DNA from: Oscillospiraceae bacterium
GTDB taxonomy: Bacteria; Bacillota; Clostridia; Oscillospirales; Ruminococcaceae
Assembly (NCBI GenBank): GCA_017505635.1
Contig: JAFVOU010000022.1
Coordinates: 37,915-101,914, forward strand
Length of the DNA: 64,000 bases
Reading direction: 5' to 3'
The position numbers and the translations under genes were made by a program. Position 1 is the stretch's first letter; each line of letters begins with the position of its first letter. Below the pieces are notes generated by a model. It did no database searches. It saw nothing but the letters and a program-made list of their open reading frames with translations, and was not told the DNA's origin. Shown here piece after piece: positions 28,092 through 37,245 of this stretch.

Positions 28092-28835
28092 TCAGCCTGC
28101 CGCAAGCTCTTTTATCCTGCTGAGGGCAGTTTTCAGTTTTTTGTTTTCCTCTTTGAGTTTTTCGCAGTTCCGGCAGATATGACCGCCGTCGCCGTCAGCC
28201 TTTCTGCCAAATCCGTTAAGCCCCGCACCCTTGATAATGGATGCAAAATCCTTATAGCAGTTGCTCATATACACCCTGCCGCCTATGCCTGCAACCGATG
28301 CACCGCTTGTGTACTGATGCATATCACAAGGAATAGTTTTGTCATATGCTGTGCGGTAGTCCGCTTTCCACAGAGTGTATTTTCTGCTCAAAGCCTCTGT
28401 GTCCAGCTTGTTTACAAGCCAGCTTGTGGAAGCATAAAAGCCCACATAATAACCCGCCTTTTCCACTTTGGAACAGAACGCATCGACAATCTGTGTAAGC
28501 AGTGCTTTAGACAAACTGCCCTGTCTCTGGCTGTTTTCCACATCATAGTAGATTGGCAGTTCAAACTGTTTGCCTTTCATCAGTTCAAGGCAGTATGCCG
28601 CCTCTTTTTCCGCCATTGCAACGCTGTCAGCCGCAGAGTAATAATAAACCCCAACAGGACAGCCAACAGCTTTAAATCCGGCATAGTGTTTTTCAAAACA
28701 CTCATCTCTGCCCATATTCTGTGCACCCCAGTATGTAAGGCCGATACGCAGAATAACACCGTCCACTGCCCCTGCAGTCTGTGCATAATTTACATTGGGC
28801 TGATATTTTGATATGTCCAGAATTTTATATTCCAT
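28092..28835 (-). CDS. GH25 muramidase (phage endolysin)
   Basis: It has DISKYQ, GVILRIG, YYYS and the YYDVE motifs of GH25 lysozymes, and a coiled C-terminal tail. Confidence 0.9.
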   Translation of the reverse strand: MEYKILDISKYQPNVNYAQTAGAVDGVILRIGLTYWGAQNMGRDECFEKHYAGFKAVGCPVGVYYYSAADSVAMAEKEAAYCLELMKGKQFELPIYYDVENSQRQGSLSKALLTQIVDAFCSKVEKAGYYVGFYASTSWLVNKLDTEALSRKYTLWKADYRTAYDKTIPCDMHQYTSGASVAGIGGRVYMSNCYKDFASIIKGAGLNGFGRKADGDGGHICRNCEKLKEENKKLKTALSRIKELAAG

Positions 28836-28852
28836 AATTCAGCCCTCCTTTG

Positions 28853-29218
28853 TTAAATGCCCAGCTTTTTAAGCTGTTCTTCAATATAAGTGCGTTTGCC
28901 CAGCTTGAACACAAGTCTGTCGGTATAAACCGCCGGCATATCAGGTGTTTCGCTTTTCACAAGGCGGTTTTCGATGCCGCATTTAAGCTTGAGCTGATAG
29001 TCGTCATAGATGTTAACCGCATTTTCTTCGGCATTTTCAAGTGTGATGCTCTTTGTGTTTTCTTCATTGCTTAACACTGAGTTAAGCAGGTCAACACCGA
29101 TTGCTTCTGCCTCGCACTCAAAAGTGAGAGTTCTTCTGCTTGCACCGTTGTAAAACTCCTCTGTTTCAACGGCATCAATGTATTCAAAAGCTGTTCCGTT
29201 TAAAAATTTAATATTCAT
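28853..29218 (-). CDS. phage hypothetical protein
   Basis: It is tightly packed (about 6-nt gaps) within the tail and lysis gene string, and no motif was recognised. Confidence 0.55.
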   Translation of the reverse strand: MNIKFLNGTAFEYIDAVETEEFYNGASRRTLTFECEAEAIGVDLLNSVLSNEENTKSITLENAEENAVNIYDDYQLKLKCGIENRLVKSETPDMPAVYTDRLVFKLGKRTYIEEQLKKLGI

Positions 29219-29224
29219 ATCTCT

Positions 29225-29773
29225 TTACTCCAATCTTATCGAACTTATTTTTACTGTTGCTGTTTCGCCGCTGTGCAGCTGCGCGATAATATAATGCACA
29301 CCGCTTATGCCGGTCAGGTCAAATTCGTATTTGCCTGCCTTTGTAATCGGTTTCTGATAAACTGTGCTGTTTTCCACAGCGCCGTACACCTTGCGGCTTG
29401 TATAAAAACCAACCCTGTGGTTGCTGTTTATAGCCGCCCCCGAAATGCTGTCCACCACAAAGGTCAGCTTTGAATAACCCGTAAGGTCAAAACTTATTGT
29501 CGGCGAAATACCTTTAAGGTCATTTGTAACCGACCACTCCAGCACGTTGCCCGAAAATGTAATGTCATTTACCTTGTTGCCTGTGGAAGTATCATACACT
29601 CCCCATTTGTAGGCAGTATTGGGATACACATCCAGACCGTCTTCGTATATCAGAGCATTCACCGAACCGTTGTAATCATATACTTCGCCTATCTGCGTAT
29701 TTTTTGCACCGTCATAGTCATAAACTTTTCCGATTTCTCTGTTGGTTGTTCCATCGTAATCATAAATTGCCAT
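29225..29773 (-). CDS. phage tail-fibre/receptor-binding-like protein with N-terminal YDYDG repeats
   Basis: It has three tandem ~15-aa repeats (YDYDGTTNREIGKV / YDYDGAKNTQIGEV / YDYNGSVNALI) followed by a beta-rich domain. Confidence 0.5.
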   Translation of the reverse strand: MAIYDYDGTTNREIGKVYDYDGAKNTQIGEVYDYNGSVNALIYEDGLDVYPNTAYKWGVYDTSTGNKVNDITFSGNVLEWSVTNDLKGISPTISFDLTGYSKLTFVVDSISGAAINSNHRVGFYTSRKVYGAVENSTVYQKPITKAGKYEFDLTGISGVHYIIAQLHSGETATVKISSIRLE

Positions 29774-29784
29774 AACAACACCCT

Positions 29785-30864
29785 TTACACCTTACGCCTG
29801 AAAACTATATTGTTTGTGGACACATTGTATTGTGCCCCTGTACCTTCACTTGATGTTACTCTGTTGTTTCTGATATACGGTCCGGGCACCAGATTTGAAG
29901 TTGCTTTTGCTGTTCCGGTAAATTCACCCCCAGCGACAGGCATATATGCCGCAAGGTCAGCCTGCAAGGTAACTTTATTCCACACACCTGTCGGTACACC
30001 GCTTGTGTCGATTGTTGCAATATGCATTTCGCCAAGCGAACTTACAGCTATTGCCGAAACCTGTCTTGTTCCGTATCTGCGTGTTATTTCGATATAGCCC
30101 TGTGATATAGGCAGTTTCCAGCTTACATCGGTCAGCGAGTTAGGCTGAAGAAAAACCCTTGTATATCCGGGCACCGCAGCCACCGTTTCTGCAAAGTTGG
30201 CTGTGGCGTCCAACCCTAAATCTGTCATTGCCGAAAGTGTTTTCATCTTCGCTTCCGCCTTCACTGCATAATAGCCTGGCAGTTCACCGCCCAGTCTCTC
30301 CGCATTGTCAACAACGCCGCTGTTATTTGCGTCGTACACCCCTTTGGTCATATCCCCCGCACCTGCATTTATCAGACTGTCCGAAACAACCTCCAGAACC
30401 TCTTCTTTTGTGTAGTACCCCGCAAATTTTCCGGCAACCGCATCGATAAAGCTGTTCAGCCTGCCTGCAATAAGCTCCGGCAGCCTGTCAAACACAAGAT
30501 ATTCACCCGAGGTAAGTATATAAAAACCGCCGTCATTGCCATTTACAGCATAAAATCCACAGCCTTTGCCGTCTGTTACACCTGTTTTAAGCACCACCGC
30601 TGTATCTCCAAGCGAATAAATTTTATCCCCGCAGTGACACAGCATATATTTTTCGCCTTTAACTGTGCACAGCCATATATTGTGCACCACCCCGGTCAGA
30701 CTGTATTTTGTCTGCCAGCCGGGTCTTTTCACAGGGCTTTTGCTCTCATCAGGCATCATATTCTCACAGTATGGCGAACGGCTGCGGTCAACCAGTGCAG
30801 CGTCTCTGGAAAAATCAACGCCTTTCAGATTTTCATATGTCACTGTGACTGTCCTGTTCTGCAT
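29785..30864 (-). CDS. phage tail/tail-fibre protein
   Basis: The central GDMTKGVYDANNSGVVDNAERLGG motif is common in phage tail fibres, and the gene sits in the structural module. Confidence 0.55.
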   Translation of the reverse strand: MQNRTVTVTYENLKGVDFSRDAALVDRSRSPYCENMMPDESKSPVKRPGWQTKYSLTGVVHNIWLCTVKGEKYMLCHCGDKIYSLGDTAVVLKTGVTDGKGCGFYAVNGNDGGFYILTSGEYLVFDRLPELIAGRLNSFIDAVAGKFAGYYTKEEVLEVVSDSLINAGAGDMTKGVYDANNSGVVDNAERLGGELPGYYAVKAEAKMKTLSAMTDLGLDATANFAETVAAVPGYTRVFLQPNSLTDVSWKLPISQGYIEITRRYGTRQVSAIAVSSLGEMHIATIDTSGVPTGVWNKVTLQADLAAYMPVAGGEFTGTAKATSNLVPGPYIRNNRVTSSEGTGAQYNVSTNNIVFRRKV

Positions 30865-30867
30865 AAC

Positions 30868-31227
30868 CTATTCCACCTCCATTTCCACAGCAGGTGAAGT
30901 AACGGTAAGCAGTGTTATATACTGGTTGTTGTACAAAGTGGCAAGGTTGTAGTCCTCCTGAGCCGCCAGCAGTTTTGCCGCAAATCCATAACTCAGAGCC
31001 GCATAAAGTTCCTCCTCACAGTCAATCTGGCCCTCCAGACTTTCCACCTTCAGTGGCTTTTCAAGCGGTTTTTTGCCTTTTTTCAGTCGCATCTGGTCAT
31101 TGTAAATCCTTATTTCATCAAGCAGTATATTGAACAGCTTTACCGCATAAAAATCCAGATTTTCTTCTTCATCTGTACGGGATATACTCAAAGCAAGGGC
31201 GTTTTCATAAATTTCCTTTACATTCAA
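30868..31227 (-). CDS. phage structural-module hypothetical protein
   Basis: It is compactly placed between the capsid and tail genes, and no motif was recognised. Confidence 0.5.
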   Translation of the reverse strand: MNVKEIYENALALSISRTDEEENLDFYAVKLFNILLDEIRIYNDQMRLKKGKKPLEKPLKVESLEGQIDCEEELYAALSYGFAAKLLAAQEDYNLATLYNNQYITLLTVTSPAVEMEVE

Positions 31228-31303
31228 AGCAATTCCTCCTTTTTGTGCACAGCCCCTGTGCCTGTATGGCGCAGGGGCTGTACTGTATTATTCAGGTCAA
31301 AAA

Positions 31304-32047
31304 TCAGATTGTTTTTTCTGCAACCGCAGAGTCAAACATACCGTTTTTAAAAGCATATGCCTTTACAGTTGTACCTTCCGGAACATCTTCCGGCTGGCCT
31401 GCAACTGCTGTTTTTGAGTATCTTGGGTCTGTGCCGTCAAGTGTATATTTAAACTGCGCTGCCTGTGTTGCGCTTGTAAGTGCACCCGTTGCAGAAATTT
31501 CAGGCACTGCACAGATTTCTGCCTTGGAAGTGTCCACCTCTACATAAACACCGTTTGCACGGGAAGCAATAACAAAGCAGTCATAGTAGTTTCGGCCTTC
31601 AAGCAGATTGCCGGACACACCCGGAGGGTCCTTGTGGATTTTTGCATCTTCAATTGTTGTCGGTGCAGTTGCCGCAGCCTTCTGAACAATGATAAAGTTT
31701 ACATTTTCAGGCCAGCGGCCTTTTGGCACTTTAACCACCTTCATATTGTCAAACTTGCCCACAACACCTTTTGTAACCGCTTCAAGAGCCACCTTGTCGA
31801 TGCTTACAAATTCATCGGAAAGTTTAAGCAGTTTATATGCTGCCGCATTCACAAAAAGTGTGCGGTTGTTCTGTGCAATTTCCGCATCGTCAAGATAAAC
31901 CGTGCCGTCACAGATTCTGTCCACAATATTGGATTTTGAAAGTGCTGTTGAGTTGCCCACAATTCTGCCCGCCTTGCGGCTGAGAACACCAAGGGCATAA
32001 CGGTCAAATTCAGGGATAGCGCGTTCTGCAAGCTGAAGTGTAAGCAT
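31304..32047 (-). CDS. putative major capsid protein (possibly N-terminally truncated) with a C-terminal FN3-associated/chitobiase-like tail
   Basis: It is positioned next to the portal gene. The C-terminal FKYTLDGTDPRYS...AYAFKNG block resembles the Fn3-associated domain. The reading frame stays open upstream of the ATG without another start codon. Confidence 0.45.
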   Translation of the reverse strand: MLTLQLAERAIPEFDRYALGVLSRKAGRIVGNSTALSKSNIVDRICDGTVYLDDAEIAQNNRTLFVNAAAYKLLKLSDEFVSIDKVALEAVTKGVVGKFDNMKVVKVPKGRWPENVNFIIVQKAAATAPTTIEDAKIHKDPPGVSGNLLEGRNYYDCFVIASRANGVYVEVDTSKAEICAVPEISATGALTSATQAAQFKYTLDGTDPRYSKTAVAGQPEDVPEGTTVKAYAFKNGMFDSAVAEKTI

Positions 32048-32103
32048 CTTTCTTGCAAAATCCTCTGTATCGTTTTTATCCTGGCTGTTACCCTTGTCAA
32101 TTG

Positions 32104-32862
32104 TCAGCGCAAAGGAGCACCCATACCGTGATAGCTGCCCCTCACTGCCTCCCAGTTCATAAACACAACAGGATACAAAGTCTGCCCTGTGTCAGTTTCC
32201 TCCGTCACCACCTGGTTTTCGGTTGTCTGCATAAAATGCACCCTGCCGTCCTTCTTGTAAAGTCGTATAAGCACAGTAACCGTATCCTCATCTTCAAAAC
32301 CAAAGGAAAAGCTGTTTTCCTCACTGCAGTGCGGATACTGCTGTCTGAAAACCTCCCTGTTCATCTTCTTTACAATAATTATGTACGGCTGCTTTTCCAC
32401 CTCAGCAGTGGAACGGTCGCCAAACACAATATTGGTTCCTGCCACAATCTCACTTTCCACCGTGTCGGTTTCGGGGTTATACCTCATATACATTGCACCG
32501 TCTCCGTCAATGGCAGCATTCTTAATAACATTTCTCAGCTTTGTTTTAAAACGGGAAGCCTCATTGATTTTTTCCATCTCCTTTTCCAGTGCATCTGCAA
32601 GCACAAACTCGCTGTCCCTGCATTTAAGATTGATAGCCACATCCTGCACCATAAGCATGCTGATAAGATAGTTGACCACCCTTTTAACAAAATTCAGCAC
32701 AGGCTTTTCAAGGTCGGGAGCATTCAGTCCCTCCCACTGTCTGCCAAGAAAAAATTTGTGATGCTGCTTTGATTTGCTGAACAGGTCCAGACTGTTTTTA
32801 TACGTCAGGTCTTTCTGATATTCCTGCCATATGCTGCGGCAGGTAAGCTTGTTTTCCGTCAT
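32104..32862 (-). pseudogene. phage portal protein, N-terminal fragment
   Basis: It has a portal-like N-terminus (FFLGRQWEG). It stops after 252 aa, whereas portals are typically more than 400 aa, and it abuts the capsid gene with only 56 nt between them. Confidence 0.45.
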
Positions 32863-32866
32863 AGGT

Positions 32867-33040
32867 CTAGCACTCCTTTCCGCCGTATGCCATCAGCCTT
32901 TCAAGCTGTGCATACAGCTGTCTGTCCTTATCCTTTTCATTACAGGCAAGTTCCGCACTGCGATACTTTCCGTCACAAAACCGGTGATATGCCACCGCCC
33001 CTGCCGCTGCACCTGCCATAAAAGCTACAATAATATCCAT
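32867..33040 (-). CDS. small phage protein with one TM helix
   Basis: The ATG at 33040 follows GGAGGA. The product starts MDIIVAFMAGAAAGAVAY. Confidence 0.45.
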   Translation of the reverse strand: MDIIVAFMAGAAAGAVAYHRFCDGKYRSAELACNEKDKDRQLYAQLERLMAYGGKEC

Positions 33041-33050
33041 CTTCGTCCTC

Positions 33051-33659
33051 CTATACATTAAGCAGCTGCTGCAGATATTTACGTTCCAGTTCATTCAGGT
33101 CGTCGTTATATTTCTGCTGAATATCACCAAGAATACCTGCATAGTTTCTGTTTTCCTGCGCGCGGCCGCTTTCATAATTAAGTCTGCTGCGGTTTTTCAG
33201 GCTTTCAATCTCACCGCCCGCACCCCACATTGCAGTTTTCTGCGGCACTCCCTGCAGTCCCTGCATATACGCAATATAAAGCTGTCGCAGGTTATCTCTG
33301 TTGGTCAGTCCCGCCGCCTTCTTCTGCGCCTCAAAGTTTTCACCAATCAGTTTTCTCTCCCTGTCTCTGTTTGCATTTATGGCATTTATCCTTTCCTGAC
33401 GGCATCTGGCCTCCTCCGCAGCCTTTGCCTGCTCGGCTTCGCGTTTTTTCCTCATTTCTTCTGCCAGTTTTGCCGCACCGTCATCTTCCGATGCCGTTAC
33501 AGTCTGTCTTCCGGCAGACGTTTTTTTAGTGCTCATACCGGTATTGTCCGGCACTGTTTCCGTAACATATGTTCTGTACGGCATGCTGTGCGTATTGGTA
33601 TTGCCATACACAGGCACTTTCTTGCCGTTGTTTAGATACATATATTTCTGTGTTGCCAT
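33051..33659 (-). CDS. phage hypothetical coiled-coil protein
   Basis: It has a good RBS and a Lys/Glu/Ala-rich central region, and it lies between terL and the portal gene. Confidence 0.55.
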   Translation of the reverse strand: MATQKYMYLNNGKKVPVYGNTNTHSMPYRTYVTETVPDNTGMSTKKTSAGRQTVTASEDDGAAKLAEEMRKKREAEQAKAAEEARCRQERINAINANRDRERKLIGENFEAQKKAAGLTNRDNLRQLYIAYMQGLQGVPQKTAMWGAGGEIESLKNRSRLNYESGRAQENRNYAGILGDIQQKYNDDLNELERKYLQQLLNV

Positions 33660-33673
33660 CTTCTGTTCTCCTT

Positions 33674-34927
33674 TCAGAATTCAATAAATTTTTCAATCTG
33701 TCTGTCATAGCTGTTTTCTTCATCGTCCTCCACCGGACGCACAGCAGGTGTAGGGCGTCCCGCCACAAAATACCGCAGTGCATCAGGTGCATGGGTCAGC
33801 TCGTGGGGTGTGTCCGCCACATCATTGGGGTTTGTCTTGTCAAAGGTCAGCCCGGGCAGTGTCCGTATCAGATTAGGGCAGGTTTCAAAGATAACAAGAT
33901 TGGCTGTAATGTTTCCCCCTTCGTCCTTAAAAGGCATCAGCCATTCCTTCAGGTTGTACCAGCCCTGCACCCTGTTGTTTTCAGCTCTGGCAAGCAGAAT
34001 ACCGTTTTCTGCAAATATTTCGGCAACGCTTTTGCCGGTATCCTGCCGCCGGTTATACATATCAGGCGGTGCATAATAAACACTTATATCCTTTTCCTCT
34101 GCAGCAAGTATCTCCTTTGCCGCTGCCGAAATTATCAGATTGGGTTTGTATATCTCCCTGTACACATAAGCCCTGCCCCGTGTGTCCACCGCAATAAAAT
34201 ATCCCGCCAGCATATCAAGACCGTAGTCCATGGTAAAATACCTTTTCCAGTGTTTTGGTATAGCAAAGGGCTTTACAACGTGTATGCTTCTGCGGAACTC
34301 GCTGAAATACTGTCCTTCAAAAATATCCCAGTCACCGTAAAGCAGAGCACGGCGGTCCTTTTCGCCAAGGCGGTTAAGCCGGTTTATATAATGTCTGTCA
34401 TTCTTCATAAGAAAACTGTTGTCACTGACCCTTGCGGGTATAAACTGCCGTGTTCCGTTTTCGTCGCTGTAAATGCCGTTGCAGCACCGGTCGATAAACC
34501 TTGCCTTTACCCAGCTGTGCCCCACACCGCCCGGGTTTGTGCTGCTTTTTATCTGCTTTGGATAGCTGTTCACACCGCGTATACGGCTCATAAGATAGAT
34601 GTACATATCCTCGGTAAAATGCGTCAGTTCATCAAAACGGATAACATCATATTCTGCCGACTGATATCTGAACACATCATTCTCCCTGTCACAGTAACCA
34701 AAATCTATTATGCTGCCGTTTGCAAAACTGCCCGTGTGTTTTGCCGAATTGTACCTGTACACCGACATATCAAACAGCCCCAGAGACACACGGATAAGAC
34801 TTTTTTCAAGTTCGGGCAAAGTGCGGCGCAGAATAAGCTGTTTGGATTTGGGATATTTCATTGCATATAAAAAGGAATCTATCAACTGGGCATAGCTTTT
34901 TCCGCCCCCTGCCGCACCGCCAAACAA
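33674..34927 (-). CDS. terL: phage terminase large subunit (start codon unresolved)
   Basis: It has Walker A GGAAGGGKS, Walker B VIRFDELTHF and a C-terminal nuclease block. The track start is a TTG only 2 codons before Walker A. The frame stays open for 25 more codons upstream with no ATG, GTG or TTG. Confidence 0.8.
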   Translation of the reverse strand: MFGGAAGGGKSYAQLIDSFLYAMKYPKSKQLILRRTLPELEKSLIRVSLGLFDMSVYRYNSAKHTGSFANGSIIDFGYCDRENDVFRYQSAEYDVIRFDELTHFTEDMYIYLMSRIRGVNSYPKQIKSSTNPGGVGHSWVKARFIDRCCNGIYSDENGTRQFIPARVSDNSFLMKNDRHYINRLNRLGEKDRRALLYGDWDIFEGQYFSEFRRSIHVVKPFAIPKHWKRYFTMDYGLDMLAGYFIAVDTRGRAYVYREIYKPNLIISAAAKEILAAEEKDISVYYAPPDMYNRRQDTGKSVAEIFAENGILLARAENNRVQGWYNLKEWLMPFKDEGGNITANLVIFETCPNLIRTLPGLTFDKTNPNDVADTPHELTHAPDALRYFVAGRPTPAVRPVEDDEENSYDRQIEKFIEF

Positions 34928-35087
34928 AACCTCATCTGCCGTGCTGTCGATAAATTCCCTCTGTTTTTTTGTTATTTCAAATTTTATCCTTATCCCCCCT
35001 TAAAAATATGTATATAAAAAGCCGGTCAAAGCAAACCTCTCAGATGCAATCTTTCCCGCTTTTACCGACCTGTACACATATTAATTT

Positions 35088-35357
35088 TTAATCAACCACC
35101 TTTATCTCCACACTGAAAGGCTTTTCCTCTGCATCCTGGCTGCCCACCGTGCTGAGAATTGTTTCAAAGGCATTCTTGTCGCCTTTTATGGCTTTTGCCA
35201 CCTGAGCGTACACAATGGCCTGCCCGGCTGTCATACGCCGTGTGTTCACATTCAGCACACCGCATATCTCATCCCTCACAGTGTCCGCAACACTTGTTTT
35301 AAGTGCCTTGCCAAGATTGTTTCTGATATCGGTGTCCGTTTTGTTTTCCATTGGCAT
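35088..35357 (-). CDS. short terminase-small-subunit-like protein (possibly truncated)
   Basis: It lies upstream of terL. The AIVYAQVAKAIKGDKNAFETI block resembles the C-terminal part of small terminases, and no HTH region is present. Confidence 0.4.
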   Translation of the reverse strand: MPMENKTDTDIRNNLGKALKTSVADTVRDEICGVLNVNTRRMTAGQAIVYAQVAKAIKGDKNAFETILSTVGSQDAEEKPFSVEIKVVD

Positions 35358-35485
35358 TACCTCCTTTCCCCAACCTTCGACGATACTATCATATCACGGT
35401 TTTAAGGCCCTGATGACGCATCTTTTGCTGCATCTTTTGATGCATACAATGTTGCCGTTTATGTTTACATTTTATTTTCACCCAC

Positions 35486-35520
35486 AAAAAAAGAACACAT
35501 TCCCATATAAGAATGTGTTC
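35486..35520 (-). terminator. strong rho-independent terminator after the repressor gene
   Basis: On the minus strand the stem GAACACATTC...GAATGTGTTC is followed by TTTTTTT. Confidence 0.75.
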
Positions 35521-35584
35521 ACTGCATAATGAATATCTTTAATATAAATACTTTATCCCTCTGTATGCACAGCATTTTAAACCA

Positions 35585-36199
35585 CTAAAACTTTACCCTC
35601 AGTTCTATTACCCTGCCAAGAATTACAATGTTTTTTTCTTCTGCATCCCTGCGGGTAAAAAACATCGGTTCGTATTTTGAATTGTTGGATATAAGCACCA
35701 GCCCGTCCGAATGCTTGACCACCTTTTTGCAGGTTGCCTCTCCGTCCACCATAACAATGGCTATCTCGCCGCTATCCACATCGCTCTGCTGCTTTACAAT
35801 CACAATATCCCCCGCAGCCATACGCGGCTCCATGCTGTCGCCTTTAAGCTTAAGGGCAAACAGTGTATCGTTCTTCACCCATTCACGGGGCACTTCTTCC
35901 CATCCGGTTATATCCTCCTGTGCAGCAACAGGCAGTCCTGCCGCCACCGTCCCGATAACAGGAATTTTGACAGTAGCAGATTCTGCATACTCCTCTGCCG
36001 TGGCAGCTTCCTCAGCCAGAAGCATTTCCGGGCTCACTTTAAGTATTTCGCTCAGTTTTTTTATTCGGTCACGGCGCATATTGCTTATACTGCCCGTTTC
36101 CCAGCGCTGCACAGTAGCCTTGGAAACGCCCACATATTTACCTATATCTTCAAGGGTTATCCCCAGTTCTTTGCGCCTGGTTTTTATAAAGCTATCCAT
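35585..36199 (-). CDS. phage cI/LexA-like repressor (XRE HTH + S24 peptidase)
   Basis: The HTH reads LEDIGKYVGVSKATVQRWETG. The S24 domain has GDSMEP and a downstream Lys (CKKV). Confidence 0.9.
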   Translation of the reverse strand: MDSFIKTRRKELGITLEDIGKYVGVSKATVQRWETGSISNMRRDRIKKLSEILKVSPEMLLAEEAATAEEYAESATVKIPVIGTVAAGLPVAAQEDITGWEEVPREWVKNDTLFALKLKGDSMEPRMAAGDIVIVKQQSDVDSGEIAIVMVDGEATCKKVVKHSDGLVLISNNSKYEPMFFTRRDAEEKNIVILGRVIELRVKF

Positions 36200-36424
36200 A
36201 CAAAAAACTCCTTTTCCGTGTTTTTTATCATACTATAAAATAAAGGTTTAATCAACTTGTCAAACTTCACGTTGCCAAAACGCAACCTGTTTTTTTTAAT
36301 ATCCGTGTCATAATCCGACACCATTCTCCCCCCTTCGACATTCCTCACCCTTGACAAAAATCGCTTATATGCGACTTCAACAAATTTAAAACCAAATATT
36401 TTACAACCTTTGGTTGTTTTTCGG

Positions 36425-36454
36425 TTGACTTTGGGGTAGATAAAATAGTATTAT
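36425..36454 (+). promoter_or_regulatory. sigma-A-like promoter for the divergent regulator gene
   Basis: TTGACT-N18-TATTAT lies about 55 nt upstream of the ATG at 36509. Confidence 0.45.
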
Positions 36455-36508
36455 ATGTTACAGAAATGCAACTTTTCTCGCAGAGCCTCAAAGGAAAGGA
36501 GACCACAG

Positions 36509-36955
36509 ATGATTTACCAAGAACTTAAAAAGCAGGCAATAAAAGACCTGACCGATTATTATTTTCTAAAATCCAGCCTGGACACCCTGACAAAGGAAAT
36601 AAGCCTTTTAAAAAACTCCGGTTTTTATTCCAGCCCTTCCTTCAGTCATTCGGTTATGTCCTCTCATTCCTCTGACAACGTGATGTTAAAACACATTTCC
36701 AGAATTGAAGCCCTGGAAAAACAGCTTGCACGCAACAAATCAAGGCTGGAAAACATAGACCTTGCCCTTAACGCCCTGCGCACCCCACAGCGCGAAATAC
36801 TTTTCAGCTACTACATAAACCGTCAGCGCACGGCAGTCACCCGCCTTGCAATAGACAGCCACACCGACCGCAGCGCCCTTTACCGCCGGGCAAACCGCGC
36901 GCTGGACAAGTATATCCTTGCCTATTTCGGCACTTTAGGTGACAGGGAACTGTAA
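36509..36955 (+). CDS. phage sigma-70 region-4-like / late-gene regulator-like protein
   Basis: The C-terminal LRTPQREILFSYYINRQRTAVTRLAIDSHTDRSALYRRANRALDK resembles a sigma region-4 HTH. The start was trimmed to the ATG behind AAAGGAGA. Confidence 0.55.
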   Translation: MIYQELKKQAIKDLTDYYFLKSSLDTLTKEISLLKNSGFYSSPSFSHSVMSSHSSDNVMLKHISRIEALEKQLARNKSRLENIDLALNALRTPQREILFSYYINRQRTAVTRLAIDSHTDRSALYRRANRALDKYILAYFGTLGDREL

Positions 36956-37019
36956 ATTTCTGCATTGTTGATATCCATCATTTATATACGGGCGGGCTGT
37001 ACGCAATGTCATTAAGATA

Positions 37020-37114
37020 ACAAAATATGTCATTCTGAGGAATTTTAATTCCGAATAATCTCTCGGTTTTATCAGACAAAGAGATTCTTCGCTATGCTCA
37101 GAATGACATTTTGT
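37020..37114. repeat. 95-nt compound inverted repeat (largest member of the AAAATGTCATTC...GAATGACATTTT family)
   Basis: The outer arms are ACAAAATATGTCATTCTGAG and CTCAGAATGACATTTTGT. The inner palindromes are GGAATTTTAATTCC and GAATAATCTCT...AGAGATTCTTC. Confidence 0.6.
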
Positions 37115-37245
37115 TTTATCCTATTAAGCAGAACCCTGAAACATAAGTTTAATTTAATAATAGACATCAGTCCTACCGTTATGTTATACTGTAAGTTGAT
37201 AAGATATGTTTGTCACTTACAGTATTTTTGCAGGGAGGTTTCGGT

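Larger units (their letters stand above)
22935..36960. mobile_element. degraded (cryptic) prophage with AT-rich cargo at its lysis-module end
   Basis: On one strand it carries a cI-like repressor, terS-like and terL genes, a portal fragment, a capsid gene, tail-fibre-like genes, a GH25 endolysin and a holin. It has no integrase or replication genes, and several structural genes are truncated. The boundaries are approximate. Confidence 0.65.
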
